Shown here piece after piece: positions 20,412-28,814 of a stretch of DNA of 64,000 nt. How positions within the stretch are numbered: the stretch's first letter is position 1; every line of letters begins with the position of its first letter. Position numbers and translations under genes: made by a program. The notes below the pieces were generated by a model. That model was not told the origin of the DNA. It saw only the letters and a list, made by a program, of their open reading frames with translations, and searched no databases. Source of the stretch: an uncultured Puniceicoccaceae bacterium (lineage in GTDB: Bacteria; Verrucomicrobiota; Verrucomicrobiia; Opitutales; Oceanipulchritudinaceae); the NCBI GenBank assembly GCA_963933835.1, contig CAWVVV010000002.1, positions 64,001 to 128,000 of the forward strand. The letters run 5' to 3'.

Positions 20412-21083
20412 ATGAGTTTGAAAAGTCCTCACACCCCCGTCCTTGCTCCATCAATACTCGCGGGCGACCACGCCAACCTTGTCTCTGCACTTCGCGTTAT
20501 TGAGACCACCGATGTTCAGTGGCTCCACCTCGACATCATGGACGGTCACTTTGTGCCCAACCTCAGCTTTGGACCCGCCACGGTGAAGTCACTACGGGGA
20601 AGCAACGCGGACCTCTTTTTCGATGTCCACCTCATGCTCAGTCGCCCTGACAAATACATCGACGCGTTTATCGATGCGGGTGCTGACGGTATTACGATTC
20701 ACGTCGAGCCCGACTATGACGTCGCTGGGACGCTGAAAAAAATCAAAGAGGCCGGGCTCAAGACAGGCGTTGCACTCAATCCAGGGACAGACGCCGAAGC
20801 CGCTTTTCCCTACCTCGACGACATCGACCTTGTGCTTGTTATGACTGTCTGGCCGGGCTTTGGCGGGCAGGCATTTATTTCTGACACGCTCGGAACGATG
20901 GAGAAACTATCGAAGCGCCGTGCAGAAATCGGGCAGCCCTTTCGCCTCGAAGTCGATGGTGGGGTTGATTTAAAAACCGCCCCGCTTTGTAAAGCAGCAG
21001 GCGTAGACACCCTTGTCGCCGGGACAGCCTTTTCCCGTGCTGAGGATAAAGCCGCCTTTCTCACCGAGATCGAGACAGCCTAA
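20412..21083 (+). CDS. rpe: Ribulose-phosphate 3-epimerase
   Basis: APSILAGD, HLDIMDGHFVPNLSFG, DVHLM, MTVWPGFGGQ, EVDGGV. Confidence 0.96.
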   Translation: MSLKSPHTPVLAPSILAGDHANLVSALRVIETTDVQWLHLDIMDGHFVPNLSFGPATVKSLRGSNADLFFDVHLMLSRPDKYIDAFIDAGADGITIHVEPDYDVAGTLKKIKEAGLKTGVALNPGTDAEAAFPYLDDIDLVLVMTVWPGFGGQAFISDTLGTMEKLSKRRAEIGQPFRLEVDGGVDLKTAPLCKAAGVDTLVAGTAFSRAEDKAAFLTEIETA

Positions 21084-21165
21084 CAACACCCCATCGTCTT
21101 GTCGCCGGCGGGGAAGAGGGAAATTTGAAGTTGCAGTTCCAACTCAATTTCTATGCTGAATAAGC

Positions 21166-21528
21166 ATGCTCCCTTGGTTGGTTCGCCCAACGAAAGCCTT
21201 TTGAGGCCTCGTGACTCTTTTCATTTTTCCATGCGCTGCCTTGCCATTGCTCGGCCAATACCAGGACTTCTGGGAAGACTTCGACTCTTCTCGCAGTGCC
21301 TCAGTTTCGCTGTCGCACGACAGTAGCATCTTCGGAAATTCGAGCGACGTAGCAGATACGATTATACAAGGATCACTTCGCGGAGCACTGACGAAAGACT
21401 TCAATTTCGCGACCTTCGGCATCGAAGCCAACGCCGCCTTCGCTCAGTTCTTTGAATACGATGACCTCAACTACGAGGACATCACATTCAACAGGCTCCT
21501 CAACGACTTCCGGCAAAACTTCTTCTGA
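21166..21528 (+). pseudogene. 5' stub of a secreted, probably outer-membrane beta-barrel protein, with an internal TGA
   Basis: From ATG 21166: MLPWLVRPTKAF*GLVTLFIFPCAALPLLG-QYQDFW...SVSLSHDSSIF...FAQFFEYDDLNYEDITFN, then it reads into the antisense of the neighbouring stub. In-frame TGA at 21202-21204. Confidence 0.6.
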
Positions 21529-21699
21529 TACTACTGGTTGAGCTGCTACTGGCTCCTCCATCACTTCTCGTGGAGACACCGGAACAGCCGTTCTCTCCGC
21601 GTTTGGAAGTTTTCGTATTTCTACGACTTCAGGCAGTTGGCATCCGCCGAGAATCGCGGCACAGATAAGGCAAAGAATAACTCGGGAGGCGATTAACAT
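21373..21699 (-). pseudogene. 5' stub of a lipoprotein
   Basis: MLIASRVILCLICAAILGGC lipobox, then a P/E/V-rich linker to ...EVVEEPV, after which it reads antisense through the other stub. Confidence 0.6.
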
Positions 21700-21816
21700 C
21701 AGACTCGAAAATTTGGTGGGCAAAGGACAAGTGGCAACTATTCAATCATCGGTAATCTAGCGTCCGAGCCCAATCAATTGCAGCGCTTGGCTGGGCAACT
21801 TTGCTGAGGCCCTTTA

Positions 21817-22911
21817 TTGACAGTCTGCTGCCATTTAGCTACTGCGGTAGGGGTGGGGACAATTGTTAGGGGCAAAGCAAGACCGTGGACTTGGGGCATT
21901 TTAGCTCTCGGATTACTGGGGGCTGCGGGGCTCAACTTGATGGCTGGATCACTCTCCATCGGGCCAGTCCAGATGATCGCGATCCTACTCAGGCCGCTAC
22001 TGGATCTCGGGGATGTGGGCGCGCACACGAGCGCTGAAGCTGCGGTCGTCTGGAACCTACGCCTCCCTCGTGTTCTAGGCGGTATGCTGGTTGGTGCTGC
22101 CCTTGCGAGCGCGGGCGCTGCCACGCAAGGCCTCTTTCGCAATCCGCTCGCCGACCCAGCACTGATTGGAGTCACCAGTGGCGGAGCGCTCGGAGCGCTC
22201 TTTGGTATCCTTGGCATCGGGATGCTGCCCACCCTTCCACTTTTGCTCAGTCGATTCGCCGTCCCGGGAGGTGCGCTGATCGGAGCCATTTGCGTAGCCC
22301 TGCTCATTTACCGACTGGCGACGTCACACGGGCGCACTTCAGTGACAACGCTCCTTCTCGTGGGGGTTGCGATCAATGCGCTCACCGGGGCCGTCATTGG
22401 CTTGGCCATCTACGGATTGGCGAGCTCGGAGGACCTCCGTAGCTTTATTTTCTGGAGTCTCGGAAGCCTCGAACGTCTTACGTGGATGGAGCTTGGAATT
22501 GGATTTGTCATCATCCTTCCAGCTGCCGTTGCCCTCCCCTCCTTTGCACGGTCTCTAAACCTTCTACTCCTCGGGGAAGCCGAGGCCTTTCATCTTGGGG
22601 TTCCCGATCGCACGACGCGGCATATCATCACCATCTGTGCCGCCCTTGCTGGAACGACCGTGGCACTCGTCGGCACGATCGGCTTTGTGGGACTCATCGT
22701 TCCACACTTTGCACGCCGCGTTGTCGGCCCCGACCATCGAAAGCTCATCGCTGCCTCCGCCACCGGAGGTGCTATTCTCATCCTCATCGCCGATACCATT
22801 GCCCGCACCATTGTGGCGCCCGGCATCCTTCCGATTGGGGTTTTAACAGCGCTCGCAGGTGCGCCTTTTTTCCTCGTTTTGCTTCGCCAAAAAACAAACT
22901 CAAATGATTGA
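21817..22911 (+). CDS. hmuU: FecCD-family (heme/iron-siderophore) ABC permease, HmuU-like
   Basis: VWNLRLPR, QGLFRNPLADP, FWSLGSL, LGEAEAFHLG, IGFVGLIVPH, GAPFF. Start uncertain; GTG at 21853 is plausible. Confidence 0.85.
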   Translation: MTVCCHLATAVGVGTIVRGKARPWTWGILALGLLGAAGLNLMAGSLSIGPVQMIAILLRPLLDLGDVGAHTSAEAAVVWNLRLPRVLGGMLVGAALASAGAATQGLFRNPLADPALIGVTSGGALGALFGILGIGMLPTLPLLLSRFAVPGGALIGAICVALLIYRLATSHGRTSVTTLLLVGVAINALTGAVIGLAIYGLASSEDLRSFIFWSLGSLERLTWMELGIGFVIILPAAVALPSFARSLNLLLLGEAEAFHLGVPDRTTRHIITICAALAGTTVALVGTIGFVGLIVPHFARRVVGPDHRKLIAASATGGAILILIADTIARTIVAPGILPIGVLTALAGAPFFLVLLRQKTNSND

Positions 22912-23725
22912 AGCGAACGCACTTTGTTTTGCCTACTCAGGCCGTAAAAAGTCGGTTCTAGAGAACGTCGACTGGGCAATTTCCGGCGGTGAGTTTGAAG
23001 CGATCGTCGGACCTAATGGCTGCGGTAAAACAACTTTGCTTCGCCTCCTTGCCGGTGAGCTATCGCCACTGAGTGGTCATATACAACTAAAAGGGAAACG
23101 CCTCGGAGACTACCCAAGTGCCGAGTTGGCTCAGCACCGATCCGTCCTGACCCAATCGCCTCGTCTAGACTTCGACTTCAGTGTTCGCGAAGTCGTCCTC
23201 ATGGGCCGCAGTCCTTTTCTTGCCACCACCTCACACAGTGAAAATCTCGCGGCCATCGATGCTGCGCTGAAGGCGCTCGACCTCGAGCACTTTGCCCACC
23301 GCATCTACCCAGAGCTTAGTCGGGGCGAAAAACAGCGGGTCCAGTTGGCACGCGTCCTAGCCCAGCTCAACACCAAGGACCCAAAGCAAGGCCTGCTCCT
23401 TCTCGACGAACCGATCAACCACCTCGATATCGCACATCAGCATCTGACCTTAGGCTTAGCCCGCGAAAAAGCGGACGCTGGGCATGCTGTCGTCGCCGTG
23501 CTACACGATCTCAATCTCGCACTCCAATACGCCAGCAGAGTCACCGTGCTCCACGAGGCCTCGGTCTACGCACAAGGGGTGCCCGCGGACATCTTCGACC
23601 AAGCCTGTCTCGCCAGGGTTTTTCAGATTAAAGGGGAGCGCATCGTCGACTCAGCAGGCAATCCATACATCCGCACCCATGGCCTAGTTCAGGACACCAC
23701 TCTGAACGAGCGAGATTCGTCTTAA
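22904..23725 (+). CDS. hmuV: Heme ABC transporter ATP-binding protein, HmuV-like
   Basis: GPNGCGKTT, VVLMGRSP, LSRGEKQRVQLARVLAQL, LLDEPINHLD, VLHDLNLA. Confidence 0.85.
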   Translation: MIEANALCFAYSGRKKSVLENVDWAISGGEFEAIVGPNGCGKTTLLRLLAGELSPLSGHIQLKGKRLGDYPSAELAQHRSVLTQSPRLDFDFSVREVVLMGRSPFLATTSHSENLAAIDAALKALDLEHFAHRIYPELSRGEKQRVQLARVLAQLNTKDPKQGLLLLDEPINHLDIAHQHLTLGLAREKADAGHAVVAVLHDLNLALQYASRVTVLHEASVYAQGVPADIFDQACLARVFQIKGERIVDSAGNPYIRTHGLVQDTTLNERDSS

Positions 23726-23789
23726 ACAAAAGCAGACGCGTCATTGACCTCCCCTTTTCAAATCGCCAACTTCTCCCGTATTTCCCAAA

Positions 23790-23865
23790 GGGCCCTTAGC
23801 TCAGTGGTTAGAGCACGGGACTCATAATCCCTTGGTCCTCGGTTCAAATCCGAGAGGGCCCACCA
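23790..23865 (+). tRNA. tRNA-Ile2 (anticodon CAU, lysidine-modified type)
   Basis: 76 nt cloverleaf: GGGCCCT/AGGGCCC acceptor stem, discriminator A, encoded CCA, loop CT-CAT-AA, GGTTCAAATCC T-arm. The sequence resembles ileX-type tRNAs rather than initiator Met (paired G1-C72). Confidence 0.88.
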
Positions 23866-23917
23866 TTCTGCAAAGCAGAACAATGAAAACGCAATTTACC
23901 CTGCGCAGCTAGAATCC

Positions 23918-23931
23918 TGCATAATTATGCA
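23918..23931. promoter_or_regulatory. Perfect 14-bp palindrome TGCATAATTATGCA, candidate operator upstream of the glycoside hydrolase
   Basis: Self-complementary sequence in an AT-rich intergenic region about 40 bp before the ATG at 23973. Confidence 0.4.
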
Positions 23932-23972
23932 TTATTAGCATTTGCGTTATCAGTCTTTTGTGACAGCTTTAA

Positions 23973-25427
23973 ATGATGAATACCCCACCCCTGCTCTCCA
24001 CTGTACTGAAACTGAGTGCGATTGCTCTAATATCTGCCGCGACGCTCTCGGCTTCGCCTGAGAAAAGTTGGAAGCGCGGCGTGAGTGCAAATACGCTTAA
24101 CAGTGCGCAGGTTGCCAACTTCGAGCCAGGCATCTCCTGGATCTACAACTGGGGAAAAAGTCCGAACAATCTCGATTTGAATGGGGAGATCGAATTCATC
24201 CCCATGGTTTGGGGAGACAATGCAGGCACCCTCGCTAGCGTTCTTTCATACCTAGAAGGTGGTGCGACTCCCTCCGCGATCTTCTTTCTAAATGAGCCCA
24301 ACTACATCACGCCACTCGGCTCATTTGTTACTCCGGAGAGATCGGCCGCTTGGCTCAGCGAAGTAAAAACAACGCTCTCCGCTTTCAACATTCCGATCAT
24401 CGGTCCACACATGGCACTCGGTGGACCAACCGAAGATTCGATCACGGCCTTTGATCCGATTCAGCAGCAGATGGTCACGTACACGACTGCCCAATCCTTT
24501 CTCGATGCCTATGATTTCTACGTTGGTAACAATGGGGCCGATGCTCTCTCCTTACACTCCTACTCAAATAATGAGATTCAATTCTGGGTCGACACGATGT
24601 TTGAGCGGACGGGCGAACCGGTATGGGTTACAGAGTTCGCATTCGCTGCAGCGTCGGAACTCGGCGAGATGCGTGAATACATCGTCAAGACGCTCGATTT
24701 TTTAGAACACTCACCCAAGGTCGCTCGCTACGCTTGGTTTAAGGGTGATTGGTATCCCCAGAATTCACTCTTTAGCTTACTGAATTCACGGTCTGATACC
24801 TTGAGTCCGACCGGTGAGCTCTATCTCAATTACCCAACTTACGATCCAGATTATTACTACGCTGTTCCATCACAAATCCCAGCGGAGGATTACATTACAA
24901 GAGACAACATGTCGATCGAGATTGCGGACACCGTAGAAGGCATGGGAGCTCTGAATGCTCCGACCCGAGGAGCATCCTCAGCCACTTACCAAGTCGATGT
25001 TCCTTCAGCAGACACCTACAAGATCAAGGTACACACTATAGGGGCCCAAACAGTGCACGCATTCATCGAGACTAACTTAACGATTGGGCTCTTGGGAGGC
25101 ACCCAAATAGCGGCCATCTCCAGCACGTTGTTGGGTGAGACGCGTGATGTGGACTTTGATCTCGATTTACCTGCGGGCGAGCAAACGCTCGAACTCCAAA
25201 GCAGTGGCACTGGGGTAAAGATTGATTGGTTAGAAATTTCAACAGGGGCCACCTGGGCAGGGTTCCCTATCAGTGATGGAAATTTCGGCGATACGGGTGA
25301 TTTTATCGGTTGGCTCAGTATCCTCTTTGCCCCTTGGGTCTACTCATTCGACTTCAATACCTTTGTATATCTCCCAGAGTCAGCCGTTAAGCAAAACGGT
25401 GCGTGGATGTATTTGATAAGGCAATAG
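23973..25427 (+). CDS. Secreted glycoside hydrolase (GH128/Glyco_hydro_cc-like) with a CBM-like domain and a Trp-rich C-terminal domain
   Basis: KRG, SWIYNWG, EFIPMVWG, FLNEPN (acid/base), SLHSY, PVWVTEF (nucleophile), RYAWF; then IPAEDY...LPAGEQTL...IDWLEI (CBM6/35-like). Confidence 0.85.
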   Translation: MMNTPPLLSTVLKLSAIALISAATLSASPEKSWKRGVSANTLNSAQVANFEPGISWIYNWGKSPNNLDLNGEIEFIPMVWGDNAGTLASVLSYLEGGATPSAIFFLNEPNYITPLGSFVTPERSAAWLSEVKTTLSAFNIPIIGPHMALGGPTEDSITAFDPIQQQMVTYTTAQSFLDAYDFYVGNNGADALSLHSYSNNEIQFWVDTMFERTGEPVWVTEFAFAAASELGEMREYIVKTLDFLEHSPKVARYAWFKGDWYPQNSLFSLLNSRSDTLSPTGELYLNYPTYDPDYYYAVPSQIPAEDYITRDNMSIEIADTVEGMGALNAPTRGASSATYQVDVPSADTYKIKVHTIGAQTVHAFIETNLTIGLLGGTQIAAISSTLLGETRDVDFDLDLPAGEQTLELQSSGTGVKIDWLEISTGATWAGFPISDGNFGDTGDFIGWLSILFAPWVYSFDFNTFVYLPESAVKQNGAWMYLIRQ

Positions 25428-25444
25428 AGCTCCGCTGCAGAGTC

Positions 25445-25912
25445 CTAATCCTCTTCTAGCGGTTCGTCGGGAAGCGTCGTAGCCGACAATCCGTTCGCGT
25501 CAAGATAGTCCTGCAAAATCAATGCTGCCGCACGGGAGTCAATTTCTCCTGACGCCCGCACCTTTCGATCGCGTTTACCCTTCCGACCGGTCTCTTCCAT
25601 TCCCTGCTGAACCGCGATAGTCGTCAGTCTTTCATCCATCCGATGTATCGGCAAATCGACTACAGCTTCCAGCCGTAAGATGAACTCGTCCACCTCGCGA
25701 GCCTTAAAGCCGACGCTACCGTTCATATTGTAGGGATAACCCACTACAATCGCTTCTACGCGGCGACGCTTAACGACCTCAGCGATCCCGCTTAGTCTTG
25801 CGGCTTCGTCATGCTGTGTCGCGGGCTCGATCGGATAGGCCATGCCGAGCTCATCACCGAAAGCGAGCCCGATGCGTTTCTCACCGTAGTCGATGCCTAG
25901 AAAGCGTCCCAT
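25445..25912 (-). CDS. ruvX: Holliday junction resolvase-like / pre-16S rRNA nuclease RuvX (YqgF)
   Basis: LGIDYGEKRIGLA, IVVGYP, DERLTT, IDSRAAALILQDYL. Confidence 0.94.
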   Translation of the reverse strand: MGRFLGIDYGEKRIGLAFGDELGMAYPIEPATQHDEAARLSGIAEVVKRRRVEAIVVGYPYNMNGSVGFKAREVDEFILRLEAVVDLPIHRMDERLTTIAVQQGMEETGRKGKRDRKVRASGEIDSRAAALILQDYLDANGLSATTLPDEPLEED

Positions 25913-25922
25913 TACAAAACTC

Positions 25923-27011
25923 CTAAGTCAGGTGCTTCGTTGCATCGTCCGACGAGAGCCCTTTGACCAGTTTCTTGATCTCTTGAGCCTGATCCTTCGG
26001 ACAGACGAGGGTGGCATCAGGGGTTTGCACAACGATAAGGTCCTTCACCCCGATAAGTGCGACGGTGTGGCCGCTTTCGGACAGGACAATATTACCCTCT
26101 GCATCGAGAAGAGAAGCCAACCCGCGAACGACGTTTCCTGCATCATCAGCAGGGTAATGCCGTGCAACCGCAGGCCACTCACCAACGTCATCCCAATCAA
26201 AAGCCGATTCGACCACTCGAACCGTCTTCGCTTTCTCCATAATGGCATAATCAACCGAGATTTTCTCAAGGGTCGAATAATGGGTCGCCAGCAATCCGTC
26301 GAGCGCCTCCCCAGCCTCCAGACCTTTATCAATCGCCTGGAGAGCTTCCCATAGAGACGGGGTAAAGTTTTCGAAGCATTCGCTGATTACCGGCACCCGC
26401 CAGAAAAACATTCCCGCATTCCAGTAGAAGTCACCTGAGGCAACGTAGCTCTCAGCTGTCGCCTGATCGGGCTTTTCCTTAAATTGGGCAATTGCATGAA
26501 CGGGTTCGCCACCCGCTTCACCAATCGTCTCCGATTTCTGGATGTATCCGTACCCAGTTGCTGGATACGTTGGCTTAATACCAATTGTGACAAGAGCGTC
26601 CTCTGCCTCAGCAGCGGCAAAAGCTGCACCTAAAATGCGTTGAAAACCCTCCGCATCATGAATCACAGCATCGGCCGGCAGCATCGCAAAGCAGGCATCG
26701 GGATCGCGATGCTTGACGAGGAGCGTCGCAAGGCCGACCGCCGCTGCCGTATCGCGGCCAATCGGCTCGGCAATGACATTCTCCGCAGGAAGCATCGGGC
26801 AGACTTCTTTGACCGCTTCAGCTTGCTCAGAATTCGTGATGATCAAAACGCGTTCTGGCGGCACGAGAGCCCCCAGTCTTTCGACAGTCTGAGTCAGCAT
26901 CGGCTTATCACCGACAATCGGGAGGAGGTGCTTAGGACGAGCGAGGCGACTTTGTGGCCAAAACCGCTCTCCGCGACCTCCAGCCATGATTACAACGTAG
27001 CGTTTTTTCAT
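25923..27011 (-). CDS. manC: Mannose-1-phosphate guanylyltransferase
   Basis: IMAGGRGERFWPQSR..PKH, EPIGRDTA, GYGYI, FKEKPD, WNAGMF, ISVDYAIME, WDDVGEW. Confidence 0.94.
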   Translation of the reverse strand: MKKRYVVIMAGGRGERFWPQSRLARPKHLLPIVGDKPMLTQTVERLGALVPPERVLIITNSEQAEAVKEVCPMLPAENVIAEPIGRDTAAAVGLATLLVKHRDPDACFAMLPADAVIHDAEGFQRILGAAFAAAEAEDALVTIGIKPTYPATGYGYIQKSETIGEAGGEPVHAIAQFKEKPDQATAESYVASGDFYWNAGMFFWRVPVISECFENFTPSLWEALQAIDKGLEAGEALDGLLATHYSTLEKISVDYAIMEKAKTVRVVESAFDWDDVGEWPAVARHYPADDAGNVVRGLASLLDAEGNIVLSESGHTVALIGVKDLIVVQTPDATLVCPKDQAQEIKKLVKGLSSDDATKHLT

Positions 27012-27113
27012 GATAGAATATGTAGGCTGTAGATCGGACTGAGCCGTATCAAAAACAAATTTTCTCCTAGAAAATAAGCCCCTTTCATTCCTCCGGCGGA
27101 TGGTAAGGCTCCG

Positions 27114-27302
27114 TTAATTGCCCAAGCCGAAGCAATCCCGAGGTTGGCCGTTTGTAAAGATGACCTCGTCGATTTCGTGCAGCTTTACACGTCCAGTTCC
27201 TGCCAGCTCCACTAAGTCGGCTTCGTCCAGAAATTCAAAAGGCGGAGAGCGCTTTAGAAAATCGACCATCCGCAAGGCAATGCTCGCTGCCTTCATACTC
27301 AA
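27114..27302 (-). pseudogene. Remnant of a cyclic-nucleotide-binding domain protein (cNMP-CBS-DUF294 type N-terminus)
   Basis: VDFLKRSPPFEFLDEADLVELA...EVIFTNGQPR is a typical cNMP-domain start, but the ORF stops at 62 aa. Confidence 0.7.
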
Positions 27303-27357
27303 GGGGTTTGAGGGGGTGACATGGCTCTAAGCTACTCTAACGATGAAGGGAGTAAAA

Positions 27358-28269
27358 CTAGATCGTAGGGGTTTGTAAATACCCCATAACATCACCCATC
27401 TTGCCGTAGAGTTCAATCCCGTCCGCCGAAGCTGCCTTCAGGTCTTCCGAAAACTCCACCGCTTTGTGCGGAAATACTGTCACTACACATGAGCCGCCAA
27501 AAGCGAAATAGCCTTTCTCGTCTCCAATCTTCGCTGCGACACCTTCAGCTGCGGTTTGATTGATACTGCCGACATTCGTCGCGCCAATCTCGATCATCGC
27601 CCATGTGCCCAGCCTCGGATCTTCCATCACCGTAACAGTGCGCTTATTCGATAGAAGGTAGCGGATGTTGTGCTTAAGCGCGATCGGATGCACCGAGTAA
27701 AGGGGTCCTTCCAGCGTAGCCTGCGCCACGATTTTACCCGACCAAGGGAAGTGAAAACGATGATAGTCGATCGGCGCTAGACGCGATATCACGGCATCGC
27801 CCTTGAGTAGGTCTCGCCCGCCCCCAAAGGTGAGCGGGCCCATCAAGGTCGCTAAGGTAAACGGTTCGTTTTTTGCCCAGACCTTGCTCGGCTTTTTGAG
27901 ATCTGGGACGAGGCGGTGGCGGCCATCAGCGGGAAAGGCGATCGTATCCGGGCTGATCGGCAAGGGCCGAACCTCCGGTTTAAGCTGACGGGTGAAGAAG
28001 TCGTTGAAGCTCGTGAACTCGTCCACCGCCTTGCGCGCTTCGCTCATATCGATCCCAAACTCTTTGACGAAGCCCTCGATAAGCTTGGCCGAAGAGGGCT
28101 TCCCCATCTTCCTGCCATACCACCGGCTAAAGAATGCCCGTGACGCCAGTGCCTGCGTCGTCAGCCGTCCGAGCTTTTTCTCATAAGCCCAGCGCAGCCA
28201 TTTCTCGCCATAGATCGGCTCTTGCACACGACGACCCTCATAACGGTCAAACAGCTCCCAACCTAGCAT
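27358..28269 (-). CDS. psd: Phosphatidylserine decarboxylase
   Basis: SFNDFFTRQLK, PADGR, RLAPIDYHRFHFP, NKR, IGATNVGSI, FAFGGSCVV (GGS autocleavage motif). Confidence 0.93.
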   Translation of the reverse strand: MLGWELFDRYEGRRVQEPIYGEKWLRWAYEKKLGRLTTQALASRAFFSRWYGRKMGKPSSAKLIEGFVKEFGIDMSEARKAVDEFTSFNDFFTRQLKPEVRPLPISPDTIAFPADGRHRLVPDLKKPSKVWAKNEPFTLATLMGPLTFGGGRDLLKGDAVISRLAPIDYHRFHFPWSGKIVAQATLEGPLYSVHPIALKHNIRYLLSNKRTVTVMEDPRLGTWAMIEIGATNVGSINQTAAEGVAAKIGDEKGYFAFGGSCVVTVFPHKAVEFSEDLKAASADGIELYGKMGDVMGYLQTPTI

Positions 28270-28440
28270 AAGGCACTCAGAACGAAGCGCCCATCCAGCT
28301 TTGTCAAACAGGCTTCTTGAAACCGATAAACTGCCTTAGGACGAGACTGATGGCTGAGCCAAATTGGCCCGCTCCCAAGGTGGTTTTCCCTAGGAGTTGG
28401 ATGCTTTACAGTGCTCTCTCAACAGGCTTTAATCGTGAAC

Positions 28441-28545
28441 ATGAAAGCTTGCCTACTACTGACTCTTTTCCTTCTCAGTGTAAGTGCTTACGGCGCTATC
28501 GATATGTTCATCAAAATCGAAGGCGTCGAGTTCATCTGCCATTAG
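28441..28545 (+). pseudogene. 5' stub of a signal-peptide-bearing Hcp (T6SS tube)-like protein
   Basis: Manual translation MKACLLLTLFLLSVSAYG-AIDMFIKIEGVE-FICH*. AIDMFIKIEGV matches the conserved Hcp N-terminus. Too short for the ORF track. Confidence 0.6.
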
Positions 28546-28740
28546 GCCGTGGTCACTGGGTAGACCAACGAGCTCAAAGTTCGAGCGTGTCTCATCCATT
28601 AGCGGGACGAGAGGCGCTACAAGCTCTTCAGCCATTTGGCCGAATTCAATATAGGAACTCGGCAAAGTTTCGTTCGAAGCTGGGGCAAATGCGGGAATGC
28701 AAAGGCCCAAAAAGAGGAGAGGGCTCGTTAATCTAATCAT
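28456..28740 (-). pseudogene. 5' stub of a secreted protein
   Basis: Signal peptide MIRLTSPLLFLGLCIPAFA; the last ~25 codons are the antisense of the Hcp-like stub. Confidence 0.5.
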
Positions 28741-28814
28741 GGTAGGAGTCCATCTATCTGATCAAGCGATTCGTCCTACCTCAAACTCTAAACGAGAGAG
28801 CGTCGCTAAATGCC

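Noticed and set aside
21202..21204. In-frame TGA as a sign of stop-codon reassignment or selenocysteine
   Set aside because: Many intact genes here end in TGA at the expected position (oppB, uvrA, moeB). The codon lies in the signal peptide of an already truncated gene, so a nonsense mutation is simpler.
23790..23865. tRNA-Met call from the CAT anticodon
   Set aside because: Paired G1-C72 and the lack of three consecutive G-C pairs next to the anticodon loop exclude initiator tRNA. The overall sequence resembles Ile2 tRNAs. Elongator Met is not fully excluded.
23790..25445. Integrative element or prophage at the tRNA
   Set aside because: No integrase, no duplicated tRNA 3' end and no phage genes were seen; housekeeping genes resume at 25445.
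28441..28545. A functional type VI secretion locus
   Set aside because: Only a 12-residue Hcp-like segment after a signal peptide is present; no tss, vgrG or PAAR genes are in the window.
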